Source: Trueperaceae bacterium
GTDB taxonomy: Bacteria > Deinococcota > Deinococci > Deinococcales > Trueperaceae
Direction: 5' to 3'
DNA length: 64,000 nucleotides
Assembly (NCBI GenBank): GCA_965215565.1
Contig: CBDCDZ010000004.1
Span: forward strand, 2,464,001-2,528,000
The stretch's first letter is position 1. Every line of letters starts with the position of its first letter. Below are positions 9,636 through 19,565 of this stretch, piece by piece. Made by a program: the position numbers and the translations under genes. Below the pieces are notes generated by a model that worked only from the letters and a program-made list of their open reading frames with translations, searched no databases and was not told the origin of the DNA.

Positions 9636-10475
9636 TCAGCATCTCAGCCGTAAAAACCGCTCGCGCCGCGCCAGGTCCTTCTCGATCCGGCGCTGCCGCC
9701 AGCTCTCGCACTCGTCAAAGGCAGTGCGCACGTTACGTGGGTCGAGTTCGACGAAGAGCCAAGTGTCCGTTTTAAGCAGGGCGAAAGCGTCACGCGCCAA
9801 CCGTCTAAAATGTGTCAACCCGTCCTCGCCTGAGTAGAGTGCGCCCTGCGGGTCAGCGCGCACCTCCGGGCTAAGCTTGTGGCGGTCCGACTCGGGCAAG
9901 TACGGCGGGTTGGAGATAACGAGGTCAGCGTTTCGAGCGAACGCCCTGACTTCTTCCGACTCTAGAAGATCGGCGACTAAAAAGCGGATATTTAAGCCTA
10001 GATTGGCGGCGTTGGCTCGGGCCACCTCGAGCGCCTCGCCACATATATCCGTCGCCATAACTTCGGCGTTAGGGCGCTCTGCTTTGATCGCGAGCGCGAT
10101 CGCGCCGCTGCCCGTACCGATATCTAAAACTTTGAGCGGCGGACGCCGCCCTAAACGCCGCAAGGCAAGCTCAACCATGCGCTCCGTTTCGGGGCGCGGA
10201 ATGAGCACGTGCGGCGTTACACTAAGTTCTAAGCCGTAAAAGTAGGCGACGCCCAAGATGTGCTGTAGCGGCTCGCGCTCAGTGCGGCGTGAGAGCCAAC
10301 GGCTGAGCTTCGCCTGCTGCAACTCGCTCAGAGGGCGCTGATAGTTGGTGACTATTTCAAGCCGCGACGCGCCCAAAAGATGCTCTAATATGATGAGTGA
10401 CTCGACTCGGTGACTGTCGATTTGAGCAGCCTCGAGGGTCTCTTGCGTCAAAGTAAGTGCTTTCGCTACGTTCAT
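9636..10475 (-). CDS. prmC: Release factor glutamine methyltransferase
   Basis: EPLQHILG, VLIPRPETE, LDIGTGSGAIA and SNPPY motifs. Confidence 0.95.
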   Translation of the reverse strand: MNVAKALTLTQETLEAAQIDSHRVESLIILEHLLGASRLEIVTNYQRPLSELQQAKLSRWLSRRTEREPLQHILGVAYFYGLELSVTPHVLIPRPETERMVELALRRLGRRPPLKVLDIGTGSGAIALAIKAERPNAEVMATDICGEALEVARANAANLGLNIRFLVADLLESEEVRAFARNADLVISNPPYLPESDRHKLSPEVRADPQGALYSGEDGLTHFRRLARDAFALLKTDTWLFVELDPRNVRTAFDECESWRQRRIEKDLARRERFLRLRC

Positions 10476-10685
10476 AAAATACCTACAATAACAGTAAAAT
10501 TGATTAGGAAATAGTGTATTCGAGACGCCTGTAAGGAAGATACATTCTACCCTACCGATGTGACTATAGTATCATTGGCTAATGTGAAGATATTGTTAAT
10601 AGGGGACGTGGTGGCGGGACGTTTAATGGACGGAACCACACCCCTCTCGAGCGCGCTGCGAGCTTGCCGGCACCAGGCGCGATTT

Positions 10686-10970
10686 TAGCAGTCCCACAAC
10701 ATACTGGGACAAAGTGTCGCTTTCTGAAAGCCCGCAGGGACGTAGTTTTCGCTCTGCGAAGGGTTTCAGTTCGCAGAGCGGTTCCGCTCTCAGACGAAGT
10801 CTAGCGGGACAGCTTCGCTTGAGAACGGAACCTCATCTCGGAACGTGCGTGCTGGCGCACGTCGTCAACAGTGAGAGTGTTTCAAACCACCGTCGCTGCG
10901 CGAGTACTAACGTGAACCAAGCTTTGCGAGGCAGACTTTGATTGCGCGAAGCTTCCGAAGGAACCTGCTA
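10686..10970 (+). mobile_element. MITE-like dispersed repeat, expanded copy (~285 bp)
   Basis: Starts TAGCAGTCCCACAACATACTGGGACAAAGTG, contains GTGCGTGCTGG and AGTGAGAGTGTTTCAAACC, ends ACCTGCTA; extra internal hairpins. Confidence 0.7.
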
Positions 10971-10971
10971 T

Positions 10972-11940
10972 TCAGTAAAAAACGGTCCTTGTACGGTGGC
11001 GTGGTTGCGCTTTGTATCTGGAGTCTTGCCCTCTATTCCAGAGCCGCACGTCCAAATTTTGCGCCGTCACGCCCTCTTGGTCACTGCGCAAAACGCTCAC
11101 AAAGCGCTCGACCGCGTGCAGCGCCACAGCGCGAATTTCAACCTCTTCGGGCGAGCCGGGCGCGAGGAGCTGACCCCTTTGAATGCGCCTGGCGAGGTCT
11201 CTATTGAAGCGGAGAACGCCGTCTAAACAGAGCACGTGCGGAACGAGGTTGTCGGCGAATATTGTCAACCTATCCAAGTCTCCAAAATAGCCGTACCCTT
11301 CCCCGTTAAAAGCGAGCGCGAGGTCAGAGGCGGTAATCTGAGCGCGTTTGTAAAGAGGCACGCTGAAGCCTTCGTATGTGGCAACGTCTCTAAAGTAGGG
11401 CATCCCGGTAAGATAGGTTGCCAGACGCTCAGCAGAATGCTCGGCGCTCTCTACAAGCGCGGCGAAGCACCCGTTAAAATGCGCCAAAAGGTAGTCACCT
11501 AAGTCGTTAAGCGCTCGCGTAAAATGCTGCATCAGTTCGGCGCGCACGGGATGTGCTAAGTCTTGACCGAAGAGCCTCGAGCAATCCTCCAGACTCAGCG
11601 TGCTCAGCGCTCGCGCTTCTAAAGGTCCACTTTTACCGAAGTAGTCTTTGAGCGCCGACGCCACCGTGAAATATCCCGACATGCCGGGGCGTTTTTGCAG
11701 GTGCGGAAAATAGCCCGAGCCGAAATTAACGGCGTCCAAGGTAATGATATAGGCGAGCGTGTCGTACGGTGAGCCGACGAAGTGGTGAACGGTGTCGTAA
11801 ACAGGCTCAGGCGTCTCTAAGGGGAGCGAGCGGGCGTAAGCGGCGAGTTCATCCTCGGCTAAGGTGACGTAACGCGAACGCTTCGCCACCTCCGCGCAGG
11901 CCGAGCGGATGTCCGCGAACATACTTTGCGCTTCATGCAT
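10972..11940 (-). CDS. Queuosine salvage family protein (DUF2419/QNG1-like)
   Basis: LDAVNFGSG, LYKRAQITASDL, LTIFADNLVPHVL, EEVEIRA and C-terminal HRTRTVFY motifs. Confidence 0.85.
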   Translation of the reverse strand: MHEAQSMFADIRSACAEVAKRSRYVTLAEDELAAYARSLPLETPEPVYDTVHHFVGSPYDTLAYIITLDAVNFGSGYFPHLQKRPGMSGYFTVASALKDYFGKSGPLEARALSTLSLEDCSRLFGQDLAHPVRAELMQHFTRALNDLGDYLLAHFNGCFAALVESAEHSAERLATYLTGMPYFRDVATYEGFSVPLYKRAQITASDLALAFNGEGYGYFGDLDRLTIFADNLVPHVLCLDGVLRFNRDLARRIQRGQLLAPGSPEEVEIRAVALHAVERFVSVLRSDQEGVTAQNLDVRLWNRGQDSRYKAQPRHRTRTVFY

Positions 11941-11972
11941 AGCTTAGTCTAACGCAGAAGCTAAACCTTTTT

Positions 11973-12152
11973 TAGCAGGTCTCAGGCGAAGCCTAGCGGA
12001 ACCTCATCTGGTCAGAAACACTCTTACTTTGTAAAACGGCGTTTCGCTCTGCGAAAAGTGCCTAACTAGCGCGCACATTATGAGATAAGGTTCCGCTATT
12101 GCTGCGCAATGAGAACTACGGCAATCTGTCTCAGTATGTTTTGGAACTGCTA
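11973..12152 (-). mobile_element. MITE-like dispersed repeat, inverted copy (~180 bp)
   Basis: Plus strand reads TAGCAGGT...CATCTGGTCAGAAACACTCTTACT...TCTCAGTATGTTTTGGAACTGCTA, the reverse complement of the family ends. Confidence 0.75.
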
Positions 12153-12215
12153 TTTGTGCACGAAACGTTGGCAAGAAGTAGCGTCGAGACTTGTCCCGAG
12201 GGCATTTCTATTCAT

Positions 12216-12250
12216 GAAGAATCTCTGACTAAAGGAGTCAGAGATTCTTC
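12216..12250. terminator. Perfect 15-bp stem-loop downstream of the SSS gene
   Basis: GAAGAATCTCTGACT-aaagg-AGTCAGAGATTCTTC; no strong U-tract. Confidence 0.5.
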
Positions 12251-12297
12251 GGCTTGGAAAGTTTGATGGAGTAGCTTTACCTGGAGTTGCTCACTGT

Positions 12298-13881
12298 TTA
12301 CCAGAAGGTGATGAGCATGATGACGGTGAGCAAAACGACCGTTGCCGCGTGAACACGGAAGTCAGCGTACCAAGCGACACTACCTTCGGGTTCGGCGTAA
12401 CCGCTGCTAAAGGTCAGCTCGTTGATCTTTTCCTTGCTAGGCGCGCTGCCCAGGTTGAGGCTCGTCACCACACAGATGATACAGCTTACTGTGAAGAGGA
12501 TACCCGCAACATAGAGAAAGTTGATTGTGACAACGCCGGTTTGTACGAGGGCAAAGGTAATCGCGGCAATGACGTGACCCGCGATAAGCGTGATAAACGC
12601 GCTCTGGGCGTTCATCCTATCCCAGAAGAAGCCCACCAAAAAGACTGCAACGATAGGCGAGACGATGTAGGCGAACATCGACTGTATATAGGAGAAGAGA
12701 CCAGGGAAGCCCTGAATAGCAGGTGCCCAAACTGCCGCAACCACCATAAAGCCTAATGTGGCAAATGTACCGAAACGCCGCGCCTCTTTCGGCTCCAAGT
12801 CGCGCCCCATCATCGGCTCGATAAAGTCCAGCGTGAGGAGCGTCGAGGCGGAGTTTAAGGCGGAGTCGACGCTCGAGAGAATCGCCGAAATCAGCCCCGC
12901 CAACACGATGCCCGTTAAACCGATAGGCAAGAACTCCTGAACCAGCGTGGGGAAAACTTGGTCAGGCGACTCTAGGTTAGGTAAGAGCGTCACCGCGAAC
13001 GCGCCGGGGAGCATCATAATGAAGAGCGGCGTGAGCTTGAGGAGCCCTGCTAACATCGCGCCCCAGCGTGCGTTTTGCACGTCTTTCGCGCCTAAAACGC
13101 GCTGCACAATATACTGGTTCAAAATCCAGTAATAGAAACCTAAGAGGGGTACGCCTACAATAAGTCCAGGCCACGGCAACACCTCGTCGGAAATCGGTTT
13201 AACAATGGAGAGGTGTCCTTCAGGTAGCTCTTGAGTGGCTTCACTCCAGGAGAAACCGAACTGAGAAAAGGTGATGATTGCGATAGCTGACGTACCAATG
13301 ATGAGAACAATCGCCTGCAAAACATCCGTATAAACCACCGCCGCGAGCCCCCCCGCCGCTGTGTAGATGCCGCCGATGATCGCTAACGACACGATAAAAA
13401 CGGTTAAGTTGAGGTCCGGGATAAACACCTGCGCAACAAGTGACCCCGCGTAGAGCCCTGCCGCCGTGTCCACCATAACAGCGAGAAAGATGGTGATCGC
13501 CGAAAAATACTTACGTGAACGGGCGTCGAAGCGCTTCTCCAAGAATTCAGGGATAGTCGAGATTCTTGAGCGTAAAAAGAACGGAAAAAAGGTGAACGCG
13601 CCGAAGATGAGCAGGAGCCCCCCCATCCATTCGTACGCCGAGGGTGCCAGGCCTGCACGGTAAGCGTCACCCATAAGACCTACCAGCGTCGAACTCGAGA
13701 TATTCGAGGCGAAGAGCGACATGCCAACTGCCCCCCAACCTAAGCTGCGCCCCGCCAAAAAGAGATCGTCGCCACTTTCAGTACCTTGCGCCACCAAATA
13801 ACCGATGACGAAAATGATAATAAAGTAAGCAGCGATGATAAGAAGATCAATTGTGCTGATTTGGATATCAAGTCCAAACAT
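12298..13881 (-). CDS. Sodium:solute symporter (SLC5/SGLT-like, probably sugar or polyol)
   Basis: FLAGRSL, SLFASNISS, YTAAGGLAAVVYTD, NQYIVQRVLGAK and SSVDSALNSASTL motifs. Confidence 0.9.
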   Translation of the reverse strand: MFGLDIQISTIDLLIIAAYFIIIFVIGYLVAQGTESGDDLFLAGRSLGWGAVGMSLFASNISSSTLVGLMGDAYRAGLAPSAYEWMGGLLLIFGAFTFFPFFLRSRISTIPEFLEKRFDARSRKYFSAITIFLAVMVDTAAGLYAGSLVAQVFIPDLNLTVFIVSLAIIGGIYTAAGGLAAVVYTDVLQAIVLIIGTSAIAIITFSQFGFSWSEATQELPEGHLSIVKPISDEVLPWPGLIVGVPLLGFYYWILNQYIVQRVLGAKDVQNARWGAMLAGLLKLTPLFIMMLPGAFAVTLLPNLESPDQVFPTLVQEFLPIGLTGIVLAGLISAILSSVDSALNSASTLLTLDFIEPMMGRDLEPKEARRFGTFATLGFMVVAAVWAPAIQGFPGLFSYIQSMFAYIVSPIVAVFLVGFFWDRMNAQSAFITLIAGHVIAAITFALVQTGVVTINFLYVAGILFTVSCIICVVTSLNLGSAPSKEKINELTFSSGYAEPEGSVAWYADFRVHAATVVLLTVIMLITFW

Positions 13882-14069
13882 ACCTTTCCTTTCTCCACCT
13901 GTGAATTTCTATACAAAGTATCAAAGGAGATATACGAGAACATGACCTAGAGTCACAATTGTCGTGAAGTGGCGCAAAGTTGTGTAGGACGAAAAAATTC
14001 AGAAGATGCTCGCGTGTACGCTTCGGCGCGAATTGGCAAACACTCACGGAGAAACGAAAACTCGAGCAC

Positions 14070-14096
14070 AAAAAAGGGCGCATTTAGTGCGCCCTT
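14070..14096 (-). terminator. Intrinsic terminator of the 14125-15288 gene
   Basis: AAGGGCGCA-tttag-TGCGCCCTT stem with an A-run on its left (U-tract on the minus strand). Confidence 0.7.
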
Positions 14097-14124
14097 GAGT
14101 TTGTTCGCTGATCGTCACAGGTAT

Positions 14125-15288
14125 CTAAAAGCGGTAGACAGCCGCCGCAACCCCTTCGCCAGGAACGCCCTCTTTTTGCACCGCGTAGACCGTCCCGCCG
14201 TTCAAGATTGTATGAAGCGCTGCTAAGTCGAGTAAATCGCTGTCGCCGGGTTGCTCTTCGTCGTTCAGCTTGACCTCACGCGCCTCCGGGTCATAGCGCC
14301 CCCAGCGGTGCACGTCTTGCGCCACGAAGAGCGTCTCGATGCGGCTGTCAAAGGCGGCGGGGAGGATGTTCTCTAAGTCATCCGAGGCGTGCTCGGGGTC
14401 AGCGCCCGCTTTATGCATATAGTTATTTTTGTCCTCTTCGCGCTGCCCCTGTAGGTGCGGCTCCACCACGGGCCAGGCTTTCTCGTGGAGCGTCTTGGCG
14501 TCTAGGTTGTCAGGGTTGCCGTCTACATTCTCGTCCAAAAGACCGTTGTAGTGGTTCGCCTCTTGGTAGATAGGAAAGATACCCTTGTCGCCGACGAACA
14601 CGACGGGGATACGACTCCCTTGTGGTTCTAAGATACGCCGCACGCCGTTGTCCAACTCCTTAAAGAAGCGCAGAATGTTGACGTTGCGCTCGTCCTTACC
14701 GCCGCCCTGTCCTTGAAAAACGGCACTTTCGCCGCCGCCACCACGTCCACCTGCGGAGATGGTGTAGTGGTCTAAGCTCGTTTCGGGATCGTCGTATTTA
14801 AGCGCTTCTGCGAGGCTGGTGGGCGTATCCTCCAGCGCGACTTCGCTCACCTCAAAGCGCGTCGCCTCGAAAAGCCGCACGTTGTTGAGGCTCGCCGCCA
14901 AGATGAAGAAGTGCTCGCCCTCCCCTATAAAAGGAAGCATCGGCTTGACATAGAAGTGCTCTGCGACGACAGTGATTTCTTTTGGCGCGAAAGGTAGCTT
15001 GTACTGGCGCTGCTCCTGCTCGCTAAGAAACATCGCGAAGCCCTCGCGCTGATGTTGCCAAAAGTCGTTGTTGTCTACGAGTTGCCGCGCCGAACCGAGC
15101 AACGTGTCAATTCTGCTCGGGTCAATATTATGCTCGTTCAGGCGGCGCTCAGCCTCTTGCAAGCGGTTCTTAAAGCGGATGGGGTTTTCGCGCGTGTCGG
15201 CTCCCGCCATGTGGGTAGGCATATAGATGGAGACGTTGAGCCCTGTCTGTACGCCGAGCGTTTTAAGTTCTTCTTTCGTTGGGACCAT
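14125..15288 (-). CDS. Bacterial archaeo-eukaryotic release factor-like protein (baeRF3/7-type)
   Basis: VSIYMPTH..G...IRFKN, FW.HQ.EG.A.F, LAASLNNVRLF, and C-terminal DLLDLAALHTILNGGTVY..AAAVYRF. Confidence 0.7.
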   Translation of the reverse strand: MVPTKEELKTLGVQTGLNVSIYMPTHMAGADTRENPIRFKNRLQEAERRLNEHNIDPSRIDTLLGSARQLVDNNDFWQHQREGFAMFLSEQEQRQYKLPFAPKEITVVAEHFYVKPMLPFIGEGEHFFILAASLNNVRLFEATRFEVSEVALEDTPTSLAEALKYDDPETSLDHYTISAGGRGGGGESAVFQGQGGGKDERNVNILRFFKELDNGVRRILEPQGSRIPVVFVGDKGIFPIYQEANHYNGLLDENVDGNPDNLDAKTLHEKAWPVVEPHLQGQREEDKNNYMHKAGADPEHASDDLENILPAAFDSRIETLFVAQDVHRWGRYDPEAREVKLNDEEQPGDSDLLDLAALHTILNGGTVYAVQKEGVPGEGVAAAVYRF

Positions 15289-15551
15289 CTTGACCTCTCT
15301 GTTCTCGAGTCTAACTGCTTAATCGGTTACGCTTAGTGAATTACAGTTGCGTCGTAACACTGCTTTACAAGGTAACGTTCAGAGTTGCACAGCGCTTTTT
15401 GCGTGACTGTAGCGCAGTCATAAGAGACGACGTTCTAAGTTGAAGCAGAGTGGGGTTTATCACGTTGAGTGTGGGTTGATTTTGTCCCGCCAACCTTGCT
15501 CAACCTCTTCGGACTTTGACAACTATCTCTCTTAACAAGGGCGTGCGCGGC

Positions 15552-15579
15552 GTAGGGACGATTCGCGAATTGCCCCTAC
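15552..15579. repeat. GTAG-type REP-like palindrome
   Basis: GTAGGGACGATTCGCGAATTGCCCCTAC. Confidence 0.65.
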
Positions 15580-15621
15580 TACATTCGGACGTTTGCAAGT
15601 TGATGGACTCGAGCCCCAACC

Positions 15622-16227
15622 TCACTCCACCGGCTTAACGACAACTCGCCTGTCGCGCCCCTCACCAGACGACTCACTCCTGACCGACGGGTCATCGGCG
15701 AGCGTCATGTGAATAACGCGGCGCTCGCCCGCGTTCATCGGGTCAAGCTCAACAGCGAAACCTGTTTTGCGCACCCGCGCCGCCGCTTTGCGCGCCTCAC
15801 CTCTCAACCTGTCGTCGCGGCGCGCCTTGTAACCGCCCACGTCGATGTTAACGCGCACATTGCCCTCTGACTTATCACGGGTCTCATCACGGTTGATGAC
15901 GGCGTTGGTGAGGTACTCCAGAGCCGCTAAGGTGCGCCCGCCGCGCCCGATAATCTTACCGGGATCGCCGCCGGTGATATCTATGATGACTTCGTCTTCG
16001 TCTGCGCGCCTAACTTCAACCGCGTAGCCAGGGTCGATGTTGAGGAGCAGATGGACTAAGAACGATTCGCAGCGCTCCGCCGCGTCGCCTTCGATCACGA
16101 GCGGCGCGACGAAGGGTTGTGAGGGAGCTGATTTGGGTAGTTCGGGCGTGGCAGACTCCTCTTCACCTGTATTGATGCCGAGGTTATCGAGGTACGTATC
16201 CAAATCGTTATTCTTATCGTCAGCCAC
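15622..16227 (-). CDS. jag: Jag/KhpB (EloR) KH-R3H RNA-binding protein
   Basis: GKIIGRGGRTLAALEYL (KH) and ERRVIH (R3H); position after yidC. Confidence 0.9.
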   Translation of the reverse strand: MADDKNNDLDTYLDNLGINTGEEESATPELPKSAPSQPFVAPLVIEGDAAERCESFLVHLLLNIDPGYAVEVRRADEDEVIIDITGGDPGKIIGRGGRTLAALEYLTNAVINRDETRDKSEGNVRVNIDVGGYKARRDDRLRGEARKAAARVRKTGFAVELDPMNAGERRVIHMTLADDPSVRSESSGEGRDRRVVVKPVE

Positions 16228-16297
16228 ACTAGCTCCTTAACATTGGTTTACAGGATGATAGATAATGCTTCGTTTTGACCTTTTGCGCTCTCTTTCG

Positions 16298-17887
16298 TTA
16301 CTTTGCTTTCGCCTGAGCGGTCGCAGCGGGGGGCGTAGACGTACGCTTAATGAGGAACTGCTGGAAGACTTGCACGACCATTGAGGTGATGAGGTAGAGC
16401 GTCACACCAGCGGGAAAGTTGAAGATGAAAAAGACGAACACACCGCTCATCAGGAGTTGCTGGCGAAGCGACTGCATGTTACCTTGCGCCGATACGAACG
16501 CTTGGCCCGCCATCACCACGACGTAGAGGAGCGGCAAGATGTAGTACGGATCGTTGAGACCCAAGTCGGGAATCCACAAAAAACCCTCGTTGAATTCGAA
16601 GTTGATAAAAACGCGCCACAAGATGATGAAGATAGGCATCTGCACAAGAATCGGCAAGCAGCCCCCCGCCGGGTTGACGCCCGCTTCCTTGTAGAGTTTC
16701 ATCGTTTCTTCAGTGAGCTTTTCGCGGTTGTCCTTATGTTTCTTTTGCAAGGTCTGCAGCTTGGGCTGAAGCTGCTGCATCCCCATCATCGACTTTGTCT
16801 GCGTGGCGATAAGCGGCCACACCAAGATGCGAAAGAGGAGCGTCAGCACGATAATGGAGAGTCCCCAGTTGCCGACGACGCCGTGAATCGTCTCTAACGC
16901 GACGACAATGCCCAGTGAGACGCGCCCTAAGATGTTGGGTCTGAAGAGGCCGGGCAAGTCGAGATAGTTCTCTTGCAGATAGCGCACCATCTCATTAGGG
17001 CCGCCGTACACCTCTAAGTCTAAAGTTACAGAGGCGTTCGCTTGACTTGGCAGCGTCTTAGCCAGCGCGATCTGACGCCCTGAGCGCGGCAGAGCGGCGA
17101 GGTCCTGTCCGCCTGCGCCTTCGGCGTTCGGATCAGGGCGCATAACGATGGCGAAGGCGCGGTTGTTGTTGTTGTTTTGTAGCGAGATGTAAGAGGGATT
17201 CTGGACGGGCTGCGACACGGGGTTGAGCGTAAAGTTTTCGCCTTGCCCTATTTTTATGACGGGCGTATTTTGTCGTCCGATACCGGAATAGGCGTACTGC
17301 ACCTCTACGGGCTCTTCGCCCGCCTCGGCGCGAGTAACGGTAACCTCTACATCTACCGAATTTCTGGCTGAGCTGACTAGAATGGTCTTTTCGACTGCGT
17401 AGCCGTTCGTCTGGTAGGAAAACTCGCCTAAGAGCGCGTCTTCGCCGTTACGCTCGACCTCTTGCCAGTTGCTCTCGGCGGTTTCGGGCTCGAGCCTCTC
17501 CCCGCCTACAAAAACCGCACCTCCAGGTATTTGCGCGGTGTACGGAATGAGGTTTTGGTTGTTGTTGAGGTTGTAGTTACCGCTGAAGTCTTGCCCGCGC
17601 TGCTGCTTAGCGAAAAGCGCAACGACTTCGCCGCTCTCGTCGAAGATATAGTCGACGCTCTTCGTGGTGATGAGCTTGAGGTCTTGACCTCTTACGTCGC
17701 ACCAAAATGAGCTAGGGTTTGGGGTGCAAAGCTCATCCAACTCTTCCGCGTTGCTAAACTGCGAGGCGCTAAAATCCTGGATACCGAACGTAACCCTGGC
17801 AAACGCAAACGAAACCAGAACGAGCGCGGCGAGGAGCGCGAGCGCCGAAAATACTTTACCTTTCAAAATTCCTCCGGGTGAGGGCAC
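16298..17887 (-). CDS. yidC: Membrane protein insertase
   Basis: GNWGLSIIVLT, LQPKLQ..K, LYKEAGVNPAGGCLP..QMPIF and FPAGVTLY motifs; start codon uncertain. Confidence 0.95.
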   Translation of the reverse strand: MPSPGGILKGKVFSALALLAALVLVSFAFARVTFGIQDFSASQFSNAEELDELCTPNPSSFWCDVRGQDLKLITTKSVDYIFDESGEVVALFAKQQRGQDFSGNYNLNNNQNLIPYTAQIPGGAVFVGGERLEPETAESNWQEVERNGEDALLGEFSYQTNGYAVEKTILVSSARNSVDVEVTVTRAEAGEEPVEVQYAYSGIGRQNTPVIKIGQGENFTLNPVSQPVQNPSYISLQNNNNNRAFAIVMRPDPNAEGAGGQDLAALPRSGRQIALAKTLPSQANASVTLDLEVYGGPNEMVRYLQENYLDLPGLFRPNILGRVSLGIVVALETIHGVVGNWGLSIIVLTLLFRILVWPLIATQTKSMMGMQQLQPKLQTLQKKHKDNREKLTEETMKLYKEAGVNPAGGCLPILVQMPIFIILWRVFINFEFNEGFLWIPDLGLNDPYYILPLLYVVVMAGQAFVSAQGNMQSLRQQLLMSGVFVFFIFNFPAGVTLYLITSMVVQVFQQFLIKRTSTPPAATAQAKAK

Positions 17888-17950
17888 GCCTTTGACGTGT
17901 CACCTTATGCGTGATGTTTCCCTCAGCGTTGTTTCGTACTGGGTGGCGGC

Positions 17951-18235
17951 TCACTTCGCGTCTCTCGAGGTGTGACCTACTTGGGTTGGAACGGGATCGA
18001 GCCCGCCAGGGTGAAACGGATGGCATTTGAGCACGCGCTTCAGCGCCAGATAGCTTCCTTTAAGGACACCGTGCCGCACAACCGCGTCCACGGCGTACTT
18101 GCTACACGTCGGGTGAAAGCGGCAGCTCGGACTTGCCTTGAGCGGTGACAAAAAGCGGCGGTATGTGCGCAGCGGAAGCAGCGCGAGTTGCTGCGCGAAC
18201 GACAGCTTGGTAGGAGCTTTCGCATCCTCTCTCAC
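17951..18235 (-). CDS. yidD: Membrane protein insertion efficiency factor
   Basis: [28 protein letters not shown]. Confidence 0.95.
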   Translation of the reverse strand: MREDAKAPTKLSFAQQLALLPLRTYRRFLSPLKASPSCRFHPTCSKYAVDAVVRHGVLKGSYLALKRVLKCHPFHPGGLDPVPTQVGHTSRDAK

Positions 18236-18570
18236 AGCGCTCCGCCCTTTTTGAGCGCGTAACGCAGCGCATCTTTGAGCTGCCAGTAGTCCGCGTCAGC
18301 GGCAACGGGTCTCGCGATGACGACGAGGTCGAAAGTTTTAGAAACCTTACCTTCTACAGTGAGCGCCCGAAGTGCCTCGCGTAGACGGCGGCGCACGCGG
18401 TTTCTCACCACGGCGTTGCCGACTTTTTTCGACACGACGATACCGACGCGCACACACGTTTCGCGGTTGCCGCGCCAGCGGAGGCTCAAAAGCTTTGCGT
18501 GCCCCGCCTTGCCGCGCCGCATCCTCTGAAACGCGCGGTCACCCTTCAAGGAGCAGACCGGCGTCACCAT
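18232..18570 (-). CDS. rnpA: Ribonuclease P protein component
   Basis: [24 protein letters not shown] (RNR motif). Confidence 0.95.
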   Translation of the reverse strand: MVTPVCSLKGDRAFQRMRRGKAGHAKLLSLRWRGNRETCVRVGIVVSKKVGNAVVRNRVRRRLREALRALTVEGKVSKTFDLVVIARPVAADADYWQLKDALRYALKKGGAL

Positions 18571-18575
18571 AAGGG

Positions 18576-18719
18576 TTACTCGTCAGAGACGGAGAGCTTG
18601 GTGCGGCCTTTGGCGCGGCGGCGCTTAATGATGTTGCGGCCCGTCGAGGTCTTCATGCGAGCGCGGAAGCCGTGCGTCTTGGCACGCTTGCGCTTGTTGG
18701 GTTGATAGGTTCTTTTCAT
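18576..18719 (-). CDS. rpmH: 50S ribosomal protein L34
   Basis: [22 protein letters not shown]; true start 18719 with a GGAGG RBS. Confidence 0.97.
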   Translation of the reverse strand: MKRTYQPNKRKRAKTHGFRARMKTSTGRNIIKRRRAKGRTKLSVSDE

Positions 18720-19149
18720 CTCATTCCTCCAGTAGGGTGGGTGCGGGTTAAAGGGCGCAACTCCCAAGTACGCCGAGGAACCATGCGCCGACAAGACGTA
18801 AGAGCATACCATAGGTAGGGGTGTGGACGCTAGGCATGTCGATGCAAAGCTCGAACCAAGTTTGGCGCAATCAAGGACCGCTCGCCGACGCCCTAAACGA
18901 AGTGACGTCCTAAAATGGATACAAAAGCAGCTTCCTCAACTCATCTTTTAGCTCGCCTAGCAGAAGGCGAAACTCTTCGCATGAGGCCAAGTCTGCGCTT
19001 CGTTCTTCAGCGTGGACGGGGCGATGGACGTGCTCTGTTCGAGTCCCGCCACCCCGCTTCAAAACGGACCCCCTCTCGGTGTGACGAATGCACATCTCCC
19101 GCGCCCATTACGCGCTACACTTACTTCAAGTTCAGGGAGACCTGAACGA

Positions 19150-19223
19150 CTTCGGAAGCGATGACGTTTGTTCTGTATCTGGGCGCTTGGAACAAGCTGA
19201 GCTAGTAGCGCACCCGGCCGAGG
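19150..19223 (+). ncRNA. c-di-GMP-II riboswitch aptamer (copy 1 of a tandem pair)
   Basis: P1 CTTCGG/CCGAGG; GGAAGCGATGA...GAGCT kink-turn; P3 GTTTGTTC/GAACAAGC; loop TGGGCGCT pairs with AGCGC; 3' GCACCCGGCC. Confidence 0.85.
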
Positions 19224-19331
19224 GTGAACAACTCGCTTTTCACAAAGAAGTTTAGCCTCGGGCAAACTTCAATCTGCGAACCTCACTCGAGCAGCCGGGC
19301 TAAGTGCCCCTGGTCGAGCGTTTCTTATGGC

Positions 19332-19407
19332 GTTCGGAGGCGATGAACCGATTCTCCCTATTTGGGCATCATGGGACTCGGGGAGCCAGTGATGCAACCG
19401 GCCGAAC
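19332..19407 (+). ncRNA. c-di-GMP-II riboswitch aptamer (copy 2, GGAG variant)
   Basis: P1 GTTCGG/CCGAAC; GGAGGCGATGA...GAGCC; pseudoknot GCATCA/TGATGC covaries relative to copy 1; GCAACCGGCC. Confidence 0.8.
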
Positions 19408-19415
19408 TTAGGGTA

Positions 19416-19525
19416 TATCGGTTTCACAGTTACTGAGCTTGAATCACGCAGATATCATCTTTGAATATGCGTGCTAAGCCGTGCTTTTTCGACAGAGCGC
19501 GTCCGTAACCAGATGATACCTGCTC
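19416..19525 (+). mobile_element. MITE-like repeat, degenerate ~110-bp copy in the pilin leader
   Basis: CGCAGATATCATCTTTGAA..GCGTGCTA...AACCAGATGATACCTGCT; left end degenerate (TATCGGTTTCAC). Confidence 0.7.
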
Positions 19526-19565
19526 TACAAGGTGGTTGTGTCCATTCCACGAAAGGGTGGTTTGG

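Noticed and set aside
19260..19320. GGGCAAAC followed by hairpins between the tandem aptamers, superficially like c-di-GMP-I
   Set aside because: Lacks the GNRA loop, receptor and CGCAAAGC elements of class I
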